From: an uncultured Caulobacter sp.
GTDB taxonomy: Bacteria; Pseudomonadota; Alphaproteobacteria; Caulobacterales; Caulobacteraceae
Reading direction: 5' to 3'
Length of the DNA: 64,000 nt
Assembly: GCA_964601775.1 (NCBI GenBank)
Contig: CAZRPD010000004.1
Coordinates: 2,687 to 66,686 of the forward strand
Numbering within the stretch: the stretch's first letter is position 1; the number at the start of each line of letters is the position of its first letter. Under the pieces are notes generated by a model. That model searched no databases, was not told the origin of the DNA, and saw nothing but the letters and a program-made list of their open reading frames with translations. Shown piece after piece: positions 31,556 through 40,107 of this stretch. Both the position numbers and the translations under genes were made by a program.

Positions 31556-32924
31556 CTGGCGGACACGGCGTCAGCCGCAGGCGGCAGCGTTCCGAGGCGC
31601 GCTGTGGATAACACTCATCGCGGTCGCCACTACTGTCGCCGCCCTTAGCCTGCAACATCTTCAGACGGCGAAGCTTCTCGATCTGGAGCTCAAGCACCTG
31701 GTCGAGGGCGAGTTGGAGGCGCTGACTGCGAGATACCGGGACAATGGCTCGGCTCGCCTGGGGACTTACATTGATCAGCAACTAACCTCCGGCTCCAGGC
31801 GAGGCGTAGTCTATATGCTGGCTGGGGCCAACGATAAGCGGCTCGCCGGCAACGGCCTGACTTGGCCAAGAGGCGCGAGCGAGGGCGTCGTCTCAATATT
31901 TAGCATTCCAGTAAGAACGGACAACGCCGTCCGGGTTGAACGTGTGGCCGGAGAGGCAAGGGCGCTAGGGCCGAACCGCCGTCTCCTGGTGGGGCATCTC
32001 GCAGATAGCCGCATCGCTCTGGGGCGGAAGTACTGGATCTCTCTGATCTTGTCGGTCGCGGTCACGGCGGGGCTGAGTCTGACCCTCGGCTGGTTCGTGA
32101 GCCGCCGGGGTCTGCGCTTCATCACGCAGGTCGCCGAAACAGCCGACCGGTTCCTTGCCGGCCGCCTCGATGAACGCCTCCGGATTTCTGACCGGGATGA
32201 CGAATTCGACCGCCTCTCGGAAGTGGTGAACGCCTGCTTCGAGGAGATCGAATGCATGGTCGGCGCGCTGCGGGCCGCCACCGACGGGCTGGCGCACGAT
32301 TTAAAGACGCCCCTGACCCGGATAAAGGCGCGCATCGAACTTGCTGCCCTGACCGGCCAGTCTTCATCCGAGAGCGAGGTCTTGGCGCAGACCGCCGCCG
32401 ACCTTGACAGCATGCTGGAGCTGATGAATGGGTTGCTGGCGCTTGCACGCGCCGATGCCGCAAGCGCAGAGAGCTTCGAAGCGATCGACTTGGCTGTCGT
32501 CGTCCAAGATGCTCTGGATCTCTACGCGCCCGTGGCCGAGGACAGGAATAGCCGGCTGGTCGGTGAGCTGAGGGCCGCGCCGATGCAGGGTGTCCGCGCA
32601 TTATTGCTGCACATGACCGCCAATCTGATCGACAACGCCATCAAGTACTCTCCTCCGGGCAGCACCATTGTCGTCTCGACCTCCAGCCAAGGCGGCTCAA
32701 TCCATCTGTCGGTGTCCGACAACGGCCCGGGCATCCCGTCTGCGCACCGAGACCTCGCCGTTCGACGCTTTGGTCGCCTTGACGAGAGCCGGTCGATGCT
32801 GGGCAGCGGGCTAGGCTTAGCCCTCGTGCAGACGGTCGCCAGGGTGCATCGGGGGCAATTGACCTTATCCGACAATCATCCTGGATTGGTCGCCAAGCTC
32901 AGCTTCAACAGGCGGGCCAACTGA
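31545..32924 (+). CDS. Sensor histidine kinase (two TM segments, HAMP, HisKA, HATPase_c)
   Basis: The H-box is AATDGLAHDLKTPLT. The N/G boxes are NLIDNAIKYS and DNGPGIP...GSGLGLALV. It overlaps the regulator gene by 11 nt. Confidence 0.88.
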   Translation: MGGSWRTRRQPQAAAFRGALWITLIAVATTVAALSLQHLQTAKLLDLELKHLVEGELEALTARYRDNGSARLGTYIDQQLTSGSRRGVVYMLAGANDKRLAGNGLTWPRGASEGVVSIFSIPVRTDNAVRVERVAGEARALGPNRRLLVGHLADSRIALGRKYWISLILSVAVTAGLSLTLGWFVSRRGLRFITQVAETADRFLAGRLDERLRISDRDDEFDRLSEVVNACFEEIECMVGALRAATDGLAHDLKTPLTRIKARIELAALTGQSSSESEVLAQTAADLDSMLELMNGLLALARADAASAESFEAIDLAVVVQDALDLYAPVAEDRNSRLVGELRAAPMQGVRALLLHMTANLIDNAIKYSPPGSTIVVSTSSQGGSIHLSVSDNGPGIPSAHRDLAVRRFGRLDESRSMLGSGLGLALVQTVARVHRGQLTLSDNHPGLVAKLSFNRRAN

Positions 32925-33164
32925 CCTGCCAAGCTTTTGGCTGGGTGTCGGGGCTGACCCTGGCGGAATCTCGTTCGATGAAGCAGAATTCATGGCGGCG
33001 CCATGGTCCAGCGATGTCGCCCCGTGACTGTGTCGTTGCACCCAATCTTGCGCTGAGCTCGGCTGGAACCTTCCGATGGACGCTACGGCTGACCTGGGCT
33101 TTTGGTGTAGACGCCTATCCTCGGCGGCAGCTGCTCTTCCTGTACGATTTTTTGGGGGTGCCGA

Positions 33165-33443
33165 ATGCCGGGCCGGAGGCGCTTCGTGACCGATATTGTC
33201 ATTGCTCCACACGGTCGCAGCTGGGCCGTCAAACACAACGGCGGCTTTCTCGGGTATGCAAAAAGTCAGTCGCAAGCGATCGCGCTTGCCCAAGGGCTAG
33301 TCGACTGGATCATGGATCAGGGCCGGGGCGTCACGCTGGGGATCGAAGAGATGCCCACCGCGCCAGCTCTCGCCCCGGCCCCGGTGCGCCGCGAGAAACG
33401 CGCAGGGCTCGATCGCCAATATGTTCGTCCCTCGTATCGATGA
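33165..33443 (+). CDS. Small DUF2188-like hypothetical protein
   Basis: 92 aa. The pattern DIVIAPHGRSWAVKHNGGFLGYAKSQSQAIALAQGLV resembles the DUF2188 core (W-x-V...G...A-I..A). Confidence 0.45.
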   Translation: MPGRRRFVTDIVIAPHGRSWAVKHNGGFLGYAKSQSQAIALAQGLVDWIMDQGRGVTLGIEEMPTAPALAPAPVRREKRAGLDRQYVRPSYR

Positions 33444-33526
33444 TCGTCGTCGCCATGGGGAATCGCTACCTCACGCTAACCGGCGGAACTCGCTTTTTCC
33501 GGCGAGGCGCTCGTCAGGAGATTTAG

Positions 33527-33901
33527 ATGACCGACACCGACCTTTCTGCCTCAGCTCGCCGCGAACAGGGTTTGGTTTGCCCAGCCTGCCGGGTCGGTCT
33601 GGTGATGACCGATCGTCAGGGCATCGAGATCGACTATTGCCCAAAGTGCCGAGGGGTCTGGCTGGACCGCGGCGAGCTTGACAAGATCATCGAGCGGAGC
33701 GCCGCCTATGAGACCGGATCACCCTCGACCCAAGCGGCTCCCGAGCCACCCAGAACGGCCCCCGGCTACGGTCAGCCCTGGGATGGGGGCCGCCTCGACG
33801 GGCACGGCGGCGGCCATGGAGGCGGCCACGGCGGGAGCAAGCACGGCGACGGAGGTCACGGCGGTCGCCAGCGCGGTTTCCTAGGGGGTCTTTTCGATTG
33901 A
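33527..33901 (+). CDS. TFIIB-type zinc-ribbon protein with a Gly/His-rich tail, paralog 1
   Basis: CPACRVGL...DYCPKCRGVWLDRGELDKIIE has two CxxC pairs. It is followed by GHGGGHGGGHGGSKHGDGGHGG and the terminal RGFLGGLFD. Confidence 0.75.
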   Translation: MTDTDLSASARREQGLVCPACRVGLVMTDRQGIEIDYCPKCRGVWLDRGELDKIIERSAAYETGSPSTQAAPEPPRTAPGYGQPWDGGRLDGHGGGHGGGHGGSKHGDGGHGGRQRGFLGGLFD

Positions 33902-33955
33902 GACGACCAGTGCCGCGCTCGCGCTCAGCAACCCGAAGGCGGCTGGAGGACTGAT

Positions 33956-34549
33956 ATGCGACAGTTGCCCGTTGCTATGATCCTAGCCGCAACCGTTGGC
34001 GTAGTCGCCCCGTCGGCTCAGGCCCAGACGCTGGTGATGCGAATGGGGCCGCCGTCTCACGGGCAAGCCTTCGCAACGGGCCGGCATTCGGTCGCCGGGC
34101 CAACGCTGCGAAGCTATTCGCAAACCGGAGCGCGCCGTTCGGTCTCGTCGTCCCGCGTCTACGCAGGCGGCTTCCGCGGTGTACGAGTGGGGCGGCCCTA
34201 TGGAGGTGTCGGAGGCTCGCTCTACGGCCGTCGGGCATGGGGGAGCGGCTACCCCACGCCGGCCCCGAGCTATCGGGCCATCCGACAGTATACACCGCCG
34301 CCGTACTACGGCTCGCCAATCTATCCGTCGTCTTACGGATCCTACGGCAACGGCTATCCGTCCGCGCAAGGCTACTCATCATATTCGAGCCCGAACTACG
34401 CGCCGGCGAGCGCCTACCCCTATCAGGCGCCGGCGTACGGTTCGGCCTACCCGCCATACAACGCCGGCACGGCCTTTTATGGATACAGCGGCGGCGTCGG
34501 TAACAGTCCTGGACCGGAGGGAGTACCCGCTGGATGCGCTTGTTGGTAG
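33956..34549 (+). CDS. Exported Tyr/Gly/Pro/Ser-rich low-complexity protein (GY protein 1)
   Basis: 197 aa. The signal peptide is AATVGVVAPSAQA. The C-terminal half reads YTPPPYYGSPIYPSSYGSYGNGYPSAQGYSSYSSPNYAPASAYPYQAPAYGSAYPPYN and ends in GCACW. Confidence 0.6.
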   Translation: MRQLPVAMILAATVGVVAPSAQAQTLVMRMGPPSHGQAFATGRHSVAGPTLRSYSQTGARRSVSSSRVYAGGFRGVRVGRPYGGVGGSLYGRRAWGSGYPTPAPSYRAIRQYTPPPYYGSPIYPSSYGSYGNGYPSAQGYSSYSSPNYAPASAYPYQAPAYGSAYPPYNAGTAFYGYSGGVGNSPGPEGVPAGCACW

Positions 34550-34657
34550 CTGAGTCATCACGGGTTGGTCATGGCCGGATAGTCCGGTCGAAATCGCACG
34601 GATAACGCATTGCGCAACACGCCTTTCAGCACCCCGCTCGCCCCGGTTCTTTGCACG

Positions 34658-35053
34658 ATGAGGCGAGTTCTGACGGCTGTGCAGGCGATGGGCTGCTTAG
34701 GGTTCGCGGTGAGCCTGGTGGCAGCACCAGCCGCGGCCGGCGCCGCGGCTGACGAGCCAGCGAGTCTGGCCGCCGCGTTCGACAATACCATCGTGTCAAC
34801 CTACGACGATGGACATAGCGCCAAGCTATGGCTGGACCCGGACGGACGCTATCGCGGCCTTGGCAAGTCAGGCGACGCCTCGAGCGGTCATTGGAGAATC
34901 AAGCGCGACAAGGTCTGCCTCAAGCAGGCCCGGCCGCTGCCCGTCCCATTCTCCTACTGCACGCCGATCCCTGAAGGTGGTGTCGGTGCTGTTTGGGTTG
35001 CCAGGTCTGTGTTCGGCGAACCTTTGTCTGTGGAACTCGTCAACGGACGCTGA
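34658..35053 (+). CDS. Exported hypothetical protein
   Basis: The start is set at MRRVLTAVQAMGCLGFAVSLVAAPAAA (signal peptide). The mature part is globular-looking and contains two Cys. Confidence 0.5.
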   Translation: MRRVLTAVQAMGCLGFAVSLVAAPAAAGAAADEPASLAAAFDNTIVSTYDDGHSAKLWLDPDGRYRGLGKSGDASSGHWRIKRDKVCLKQARPLPVPFSYCTPIPEGGVGAVWVARSVFGEPLSVELVNGR

Positions 35054-35886
35054 TCGACACTTCAGCCTAAGTCTCTTCTCGTCCCCTGAATAGAGGCATT
35101 TCCCTGTGGGAACTTGGCTGTCATCTGATGATTAAACGGGCTGCCTGAGCACACTGGAGAACCAAATTAAAATCAAAAATGACCCGCGGCGTCTCTGACC
35201 AGGTTATTAAGTAGAGACAGGTTAAATCTACATAGTATTCGAGCGTCGCGGAGCCGCTCGGGTGCTTCGTGACCGCCTTTTCATGGATGACCTGGCGATC
35301 GCCGGCACCAGTTCCCCCGGATTGTTCTATACTGCCGACCCCACGGAACTGGCAATTTGATCGGGCGCGCCGGTGTTGAGGCTTGGCCCTTGGCCTAAAG
35401 TCTAGTGACTGGCGATTTGAGCATGTGCTCGTCGCCTGGAAGGAAGGCCGGGAAGGCCGGCAAGCGGTTCATGACGCCCTTCCGATCCTGCAGCGCGCGA
35501 AAAAGCGTTTGGGTCGTCGGCCTTGGCGATGAAGTAAAAATCTGATCGGCTGAAGACCCTCGCAGAGCACCTGAACCATTATAAAGTCGCGGCTCGCCAT
35601 CTGCATCTCTCGCGCGCTAAAGAAAATGTCTCGGTACGGACACTGCAAAACGCGAGCGACCAGGACTGCGACTTGAGTGGCAGAGGTGCGTACAGTCGCA
35701 ACAATTACAGCGAGCGTGTTTTCGGCGGCGTGACGCGAGAATTTCAGGCCGATGATACATTGTCTTGGTTTCTCGCCCATTGATTTTGGCCCGCAATCAG
35801 GTCTGTCGAGTTGGCCGAGCCGGCTAGAGGGTCCCAGACTTTGGACCGAAGGATCCGACGTCGGCCGCTAAATGGATTGCAGCTGA

Positions 35887-36606
35887 CTACGGCGTCGGCA
35901 ACCTGTCCACCAAGTCGGCAAGCCCCGCGCCATAGGCTTCCCGAAGCGCCATGCAGTAAGGGTCATGTACCTCGATTTTTTTCATGCCCTCGGTGCTGAA
36001 GCTGTCGGCGACATAGGTGAGAATGTCTAGCGGCATGCCCACCGAGACGTTGCTTAGCAGGGTGGCGTCGAAAGACAGCAGCGCCAGCTTGGCAGCTTCT
36101 TCTAAGCCCGTCTCGACCGTCAGGGCGCGCACGAGGATCGGTTTGCCATACTTGGTCTCCCCGATCTGCAGGAAGGGCGCGCGGTCGCTCGCTTCGACGA
36201 AGTTGCCGGCGGGATAGATTTGGAAGAGGCGCGGCGCCTCGCCGGCCATCTGCCCTCCGACCAGGAAACCGGCGCCGACGTCGCCATAGGGCGCCACGTA
36301 TCGACCATCGCGCTCGACGATTCCCCGAAGGGCGGAGCCGACAATGCAGGCCACGTCGAACAGGGCCCGGGCGGCCGTCAGATCGAGAGACGCCTGACCG
36401 GACCCGGCCTTTTCCCGCAAGGTGCTGACCACAGCCTGGGTTGTGGCCAGGTTCCCGGAAGACATGATGGCCACTGCGCAACCGGCGGCGGTCGGCAGGA
36501 AGGTGAGCTTGCGCACGTGCGTCACCTGATCGACGCCCGCGTTCGAGCGGGAGTCCGACGCGAGCACCAGGCCGGCGCGTAGCAGGATACCTAGACAGTA
36601 GGTCAT
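35887..36606 (-). CDS. Anbu-type proteasome-like Ntn hydrolase (COG3484)
   Basis: The start is set at MTYCLGILLRAGLVLASDSRSNAGVDQVTHVRK, which places Thr directly after the initiator Met, the beta-subunit fold hallmark. The protein is 240 aa. The upstream 54 codons of the track ORF are unsupported. Confidence 0.75.
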   Translation of the reverse strand: MTYCLGILLRAGLVLASDSRSNAGVDQVTHVRKLTFLPTAAGCAVAIMSSGNLATTQAVVSTLREKAGSGQASLDLTAARALFDVACIVGSALRGIVERDGRYVAPYGDVGAGFLVGGQMAGEAPRLFQIYPAGNFVEASDRAPFLQIGETKYGKPILVRALTVETGLEEAAKLALLSFDATLLSNVSVGMPLDILTYVADSFSTEGMKKIEVHDPYCMALREAYGAGLADLVDRLPTP

Positions 36607-36718
36607 GGACTCGCCGACCGGTGCAGGGAACGCCAAACTCCGGGGCGCAGCCGAAGTCGTCAACCCGCGCCGTGCGGATCGAGTAGGGCCGCGCAGCGTT
36701 TGAACGCTAACCTTCGCC

Positions 36719-38032
36719 GTGGGACGGATCATGACAGCGACCAAGAGCCCAGGCGGCGAACTGGCCAAGACCCTCGGATTCGGACGGTTGTCCCTTTACG
36801 GGGTCGGCACGATCATCGGCGCGGGGATCTACTCGGTGATCGGCCCTGCGGCGGAAGCGGCGGGCGACGGCGTCTGGATGAGTTTTCTGCTCGCCGCGGT
36901 GATCTCCGCCTTCTCGGGTCTCTCGTATGCTGAACTGGCCTCGGCCATGCCCAGTGCGGGCGCTGAGCACAGTTTCCTTCGCCGTGCCCTTCCAAAAGCT
37001 CCGGCTGTGGCCTTCGCGGTAGGGCTGTTCATAGCCGTCCATGGCGCGGCAACCTTCGCAACGGTTGGCCTAACGTTTGGCAACTACCTTCAGACGCTGG
37101 TCGCCATCCCACCGGTCGCGGTGGCGCTAGGCCTCATGGCGACCGCTACGCTGATCAATATCGCAGGGGTGACCAAGGCCTCGTCGGTGAGCGCGGTGCT
37201 GACGACCGTGCAGGTGCTCTGCCTGATCGCGTTTGCTGTTTTCGCGTTCAGTCTGAAGGGGCTGCCGCCGCCCTCGAAGGCCACGGCCCCGGCGGACTGG
37301 GGCGGGATGCTACAGGGCGCCGCCATCGTGTTTTTCATCTATTCCGGATACGAGCACATGGCGACGCTATCGGAAGAGGCGAAGGATCCGGGAAGAGACA
37401 TCTGGCGCGCCTTTATGGTCGCGCTCTGCGTAACGACCGCCGTCTACATGGTGGTCATATTCGGGGTTCTGGCCTTGGGTGATGCGCGAAGCATCGCGTC
37501 GTCCGATTTTCCGCTCGTCGCGGCCGCGGGCCAGCTCGGCCGCTGGGCGGCCGTAATTATCACCGGCGCCGCCCTGCTGGCGACAGCCAACGCGGTGCTC
37601 AACGCGTCGATCTCGGGCAGCCGGCTGCTGTTTGGCATGGCGCGGACCGGCGACCTTCCCAAGGCGCTGCAGAAAACGCTGGGTAAGAGTAAGAGCCCAT
37701 GGATAGGCGCGGCTGTCATGTTGGCTGCAGCCTCGGTCTTCGCCGTCCTGGGTGAAGTGAAGTTCGTCGCCAGTCTTTCGTCGCTCGGCGTTACCCTGGT
37801 GTTCGCCAGCGTTAACGCCGCCGTCATCGTCCTTCGCTACCGAGAGCCGGACCTCAAACGCCCATTCAAGGTCCCGTCGATCGGCAGATTTCCGGTGACG
37901 GCGGGACTCGGCATCGCCTCGTCCCTGCTGCTCGCAGCGCAATACGAATGGAAGGTCTACCTGACCTTCCTGGTCGCCATCCTCATGGGCGCGGTTCCCT
38001 ACGCGCTCGTTCGCCGTAAGTCCCGTGCCTAA
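36719..38032 (+). CDS. APC-superfamily amino-acid/polyamine permease
   Basis: 437 aa with about 12 TM segments. The N-terminal motif is LSLYGVGTIIGAGIYSVIGPAA. It is divergent from the Anbu gene. Confidence 0.85.
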   Translation: MGRIMTATKSPGGELAKTLGFGRLSLYGVGTIIGAGIYSVIGPAAEAAGDGVWMSFLLAAVISAFSGLSYAELASAMPSAGAEHSFLRRALPKAPAVAFAVGLFIAVHGAATFATVGLTFGNYLQTLVAIPPVAVALGLMATATLINIAGVTKASSVSAVLTTVQVLCLIAFAVFAFSLKGLPPPSKATAPADWGGMLQGAAIVFFIYSGYEHMATLSEEAKDPGRDIWRAFMVALCVTTAVYMVVIFGVLALGDARSIASSDFPLVAAAGQLGRWAAVIITGAALLATANAVLNASISGSRLLFGMARTGDLPKALQKTLGKSKSPWIGAAVMLAAASVFAVLGEVKFVASLSSLGVTLVFASVNAAVIVLRYREPDLKRPFKVPSIGRFPVTAGLGIASSLLLAAQYEWKVYLTFLVAILMGAVPYALVRRKSRA

Positions 38033-38154
38033 GGGCGACCAGACGAACGCCTACAGCCATCGACGAGCAACGATGCGGCCTTAGTTTGGGCTGATCGAGG
38101 CTTGAGAGTCATTTTTGGGCTACGGTCCGATCCGCGGCTTGGTCTGGAGGCCTC

Positions 38155-38379
38155 GTGGAACAGCCTGTTATCTCCATCGCAATCCTGCGCAGCCGCGACC
38201 GCTGGCGAGTCATCTCCGACGGCGGCTCGGTGGGCGAATATGCCTACCAGGTCGATGCCGAGGAGGCGGCGCTGCGCTTCGCGAAGGCGTCCGAAGGAAC
38301 GGGACGCCCGGTCGAGATCCTTCTGCAGCATCCCGGCGGTGAACTTCGGCGCTTTGCCGGACCAGGGGCCATCAGATAG
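38155..38379 (+). CDS. Small DUF2188-like hypothetical protein
   Basis: 74 aa. The GTG start is preceded by GGAGG. Reads AILRSRDRWRVISDGGSVGEYAYQVDAEEAALRFAK. Confidence 0.4.
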   Translation: MEQPVISIAILRSRDRWRVISDGGSVGEYAYQVDAEEAALRFAKASEGTGRPVEILLQHPGGELRRFAGPGAIR

Positions 38380-38561
38380 CGCCTGGCGCAAGGGCGCTCG
38401 GGGAAGGTATCCGGGTCTCCGACCCACTGACTTGCGTCCTTCGTCCAAGATGCCGATGCAAACGGGCTGATCGCCACGGCCAGTCGGCGTGGTTTTCGCC
38501 TAGGCGCTGGCGCAACTCGTCTAACGCGCGCATGCCCTCACGAGTGTTCAGGAGTAAGGCC

Positions 38562-39029
38562 ATGACAGCGTACCGGGTCCGTTCAGGCGCGATCTTGCTG
38601 ACAGCCGCTGGACTGCTGGGCGCCTGCGCCAGCTATCCCCCGCCGCCCCCACGTCTCGCCTATTATGTTGTGCCTTGCGACAAGCCCGGCGCCATCCGCA
38701 CAGGCGCCCCGTCAGCGGGCGCTGCAGATGGGTCGAAGCCAGGCACAGCGCCGCCGACATCCACCGACGCGCCGAGCACGCCCGCAGTGGCGGACGCCGC
38801 CAGCCCGCCCGTCTGCATTGTCGCCGCCGGACGAGCGCCCGCCTATGCATCGTCGCGCTACTATCCGTCCGGTTACTTCGGACAGTCCTACTACGGAAGG
38901 CCGGCCTTCAACTCGTTCGGCTACAACTCTTTCGGGTTTGGCTACTATGGCGGGGGGCATGGTGGCGGAGGCGGATATCGTGGGGGCGGTCACGGCGGTG
39001 GCGGCCATCACGGGGGCGGTCGGCACTGA
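38562..39029 (+). CDS. Lipoprotein with a Gly/Tyr/His-rich tail (GY protein 2)
   Basis: AGGAG precedes the ATG at 38562. The lipobox is LLGAC. The C-terminus reads YYPSGYFGQSYYGRPAFNSFGYNSFGFGYYGGGHGGGGGYRGGGHGGGGHHGGGRH. Confidence 0.65.
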   Translation: MTAYRVRSGAILLTAAGLLGACASYPPPPPRLAYYVVPCDKPGAIRTGAPSAGAADGSKPGTAPPTSTDAPSTPAVADAASPPVCIVAAGRAPAYASSRYYPSGYFGQSYYGRPAFNSFGYNSFGFGYYGGGHGGGGGYRGGGHGGGGHHGGGRH

Positions 39030-39031
39030 CC

Positions 39032-39511
39032 ATGGTGGCCCAGCGCCGCGCCGCCGAGCGCGCCCTCGCAAGATCCATTCTGTCAACCTTTGGGGTCTTC
39101 TTGCTCGGCGCAACGCCTGTGGCCGCCCAGTACGGAGGGGGACCATCGGGTCGGCCCGGCCAGGGCCACTCCCCGGCCTCAGCGTCGCCGAGCGGGCCAG
39201 TCCCCCGGTCGCGCCCCGCCGTCTCGCCGCCGAGCCGCGCGCCTATCAAGATGACCGAGATTTTCGGCGTTGGCATCGTACGGGCGATCGATGTCCAGGC
39301 CGAGCGGATCACGATCGCCTACGAGCCTATCGAAGGCATAAATTGGCCGGCCGGGGCCATGCCCTTCGCGGTGGCCAAAAGCACGCTATTGGAAGGCATA
39401 ACCGTCGGTGAAAAGGTTCGCTTTCGGCTGGAGAGCCAGAGGATTGCCGAACTCACGCCCTTCTTGCCACAGCAGGGGCCGGGCGCGGGCGGAAAGGGTG
39501 CAAAGCAATAG
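39032..39511 (+). CDS. CusF-like periplasmic Cu(I)/Ag(I)-binding protein
   Basis: It starts 3 nt after the previous stop. The signal-like segment is LSTFGVFLLGATPVAA. The CusF_Ec-like core is GVGIVRAIDVQAERITIAYEPIEGINWPAGAMPFAVA...VGEKVRFRL. Confidence 0.7.
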   Translation: MVAQRRAAERALARSILSTFGVFLLGATPVAAQYGGGPSGRPGQGHSPASASPSGPVPRSRPAVSPPSRAPIKMTEIFGVGIVRAIDVQAERITIAYEPIEGINWPAGAMPFAVAKSTLLEGITVGEKVRFRLESQRIAELTPFLPQQGPGAGGKGAKQ

Positions 39512-39616
39512 CCTTTCCTGGCGACAACCGGGTCTTGCAACTAGAGGCGCATGTCAGGAATTTTGCGATCCGCCACAGGTGGCCCGTCCCAGGACTGCGA
39601 GTTCACCTAAAGACGT

Positions 39617-39934
39617 CTAGCAGGCGAATTGGACCTCGACGTAGCCATAGCGGTAGTCGCGGACCAGCCTTCTACAGACGTTGCGTGGGCTGGGCGTGGC
39701 TCGGCGGCCTACGCCGGCAGAGGGCGGGGCAGCACTCTTTCCGAATTGAACACTGGGTTGGCCCGATGAGAACGGTCGTGGGCCCTGACCGCCATTCACG
39801 GGAGGGGCCGACGTCGGCCGGGTGCTTGGCTTGAACATGTAGGGCTCCGCCGCCGCAGGCGTGGCTGACCCGGCGATTGTCATCAAGGCTGCGACTGCTA
39901 AAGGCCATATGGGAGAGAGGCCTGGATGTCTCAT
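39617..39934 (-). CDS. Exported hypothetical small protein
   Basis: 105 aa. The signal peptide is WPLAVAALMTIAGSATPAAA. The mature part is Pro-rich and ends in YGYVEVQFAC. Confidence 0.4.
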   Translation of the reverse strand: MRHPGLSPIWPLAVAALMTIAGSATPAAAEPYMFKPSTRPTSAPPVNGGQGPRPFSSGQPSVQFGKSAAPPSAGVGRRATPSPRNVCRRLVRDYRYGYVEVQFAC

Positions 39935-40107
39935 TTCGCCCTACCGAGACTTGAACATCTAGGCCTTGGACGTGGTCATCATCGCCGTTTAGCGCAAGGC
40001 GTCTTTGCTGGATTCCGGGAAAAGCTGGCCTTCGGGCACCGTCCTGCGTTCTGCGTATTGTGGTTACTGAATTCTTGCAAGGTGACTGAACGCCCCACTC
40101 ATTAAGA

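Noticed and set aside
33780-33880. Internally repetitive GGC/CAC/GGA tracts, also at 38940-39020, 55500-55600 and 55990-56230, that could be mistaken for tandem-repeat or CRISPR-like arrays
   Set aside because: They are in-frame codon repeats encoding the Gly/His or Gly/Tyr low-complexity tails of credible ORFs. There is no regular repeat-spacer architecture and there are no cas genes.
35469-35780. A 103-aa minus-strand ORF in the AT-rich desert
   Set aside because: It has no recognisable domain, no convincing start context and atypical codon usage. I kept it only as part of the scar finding.
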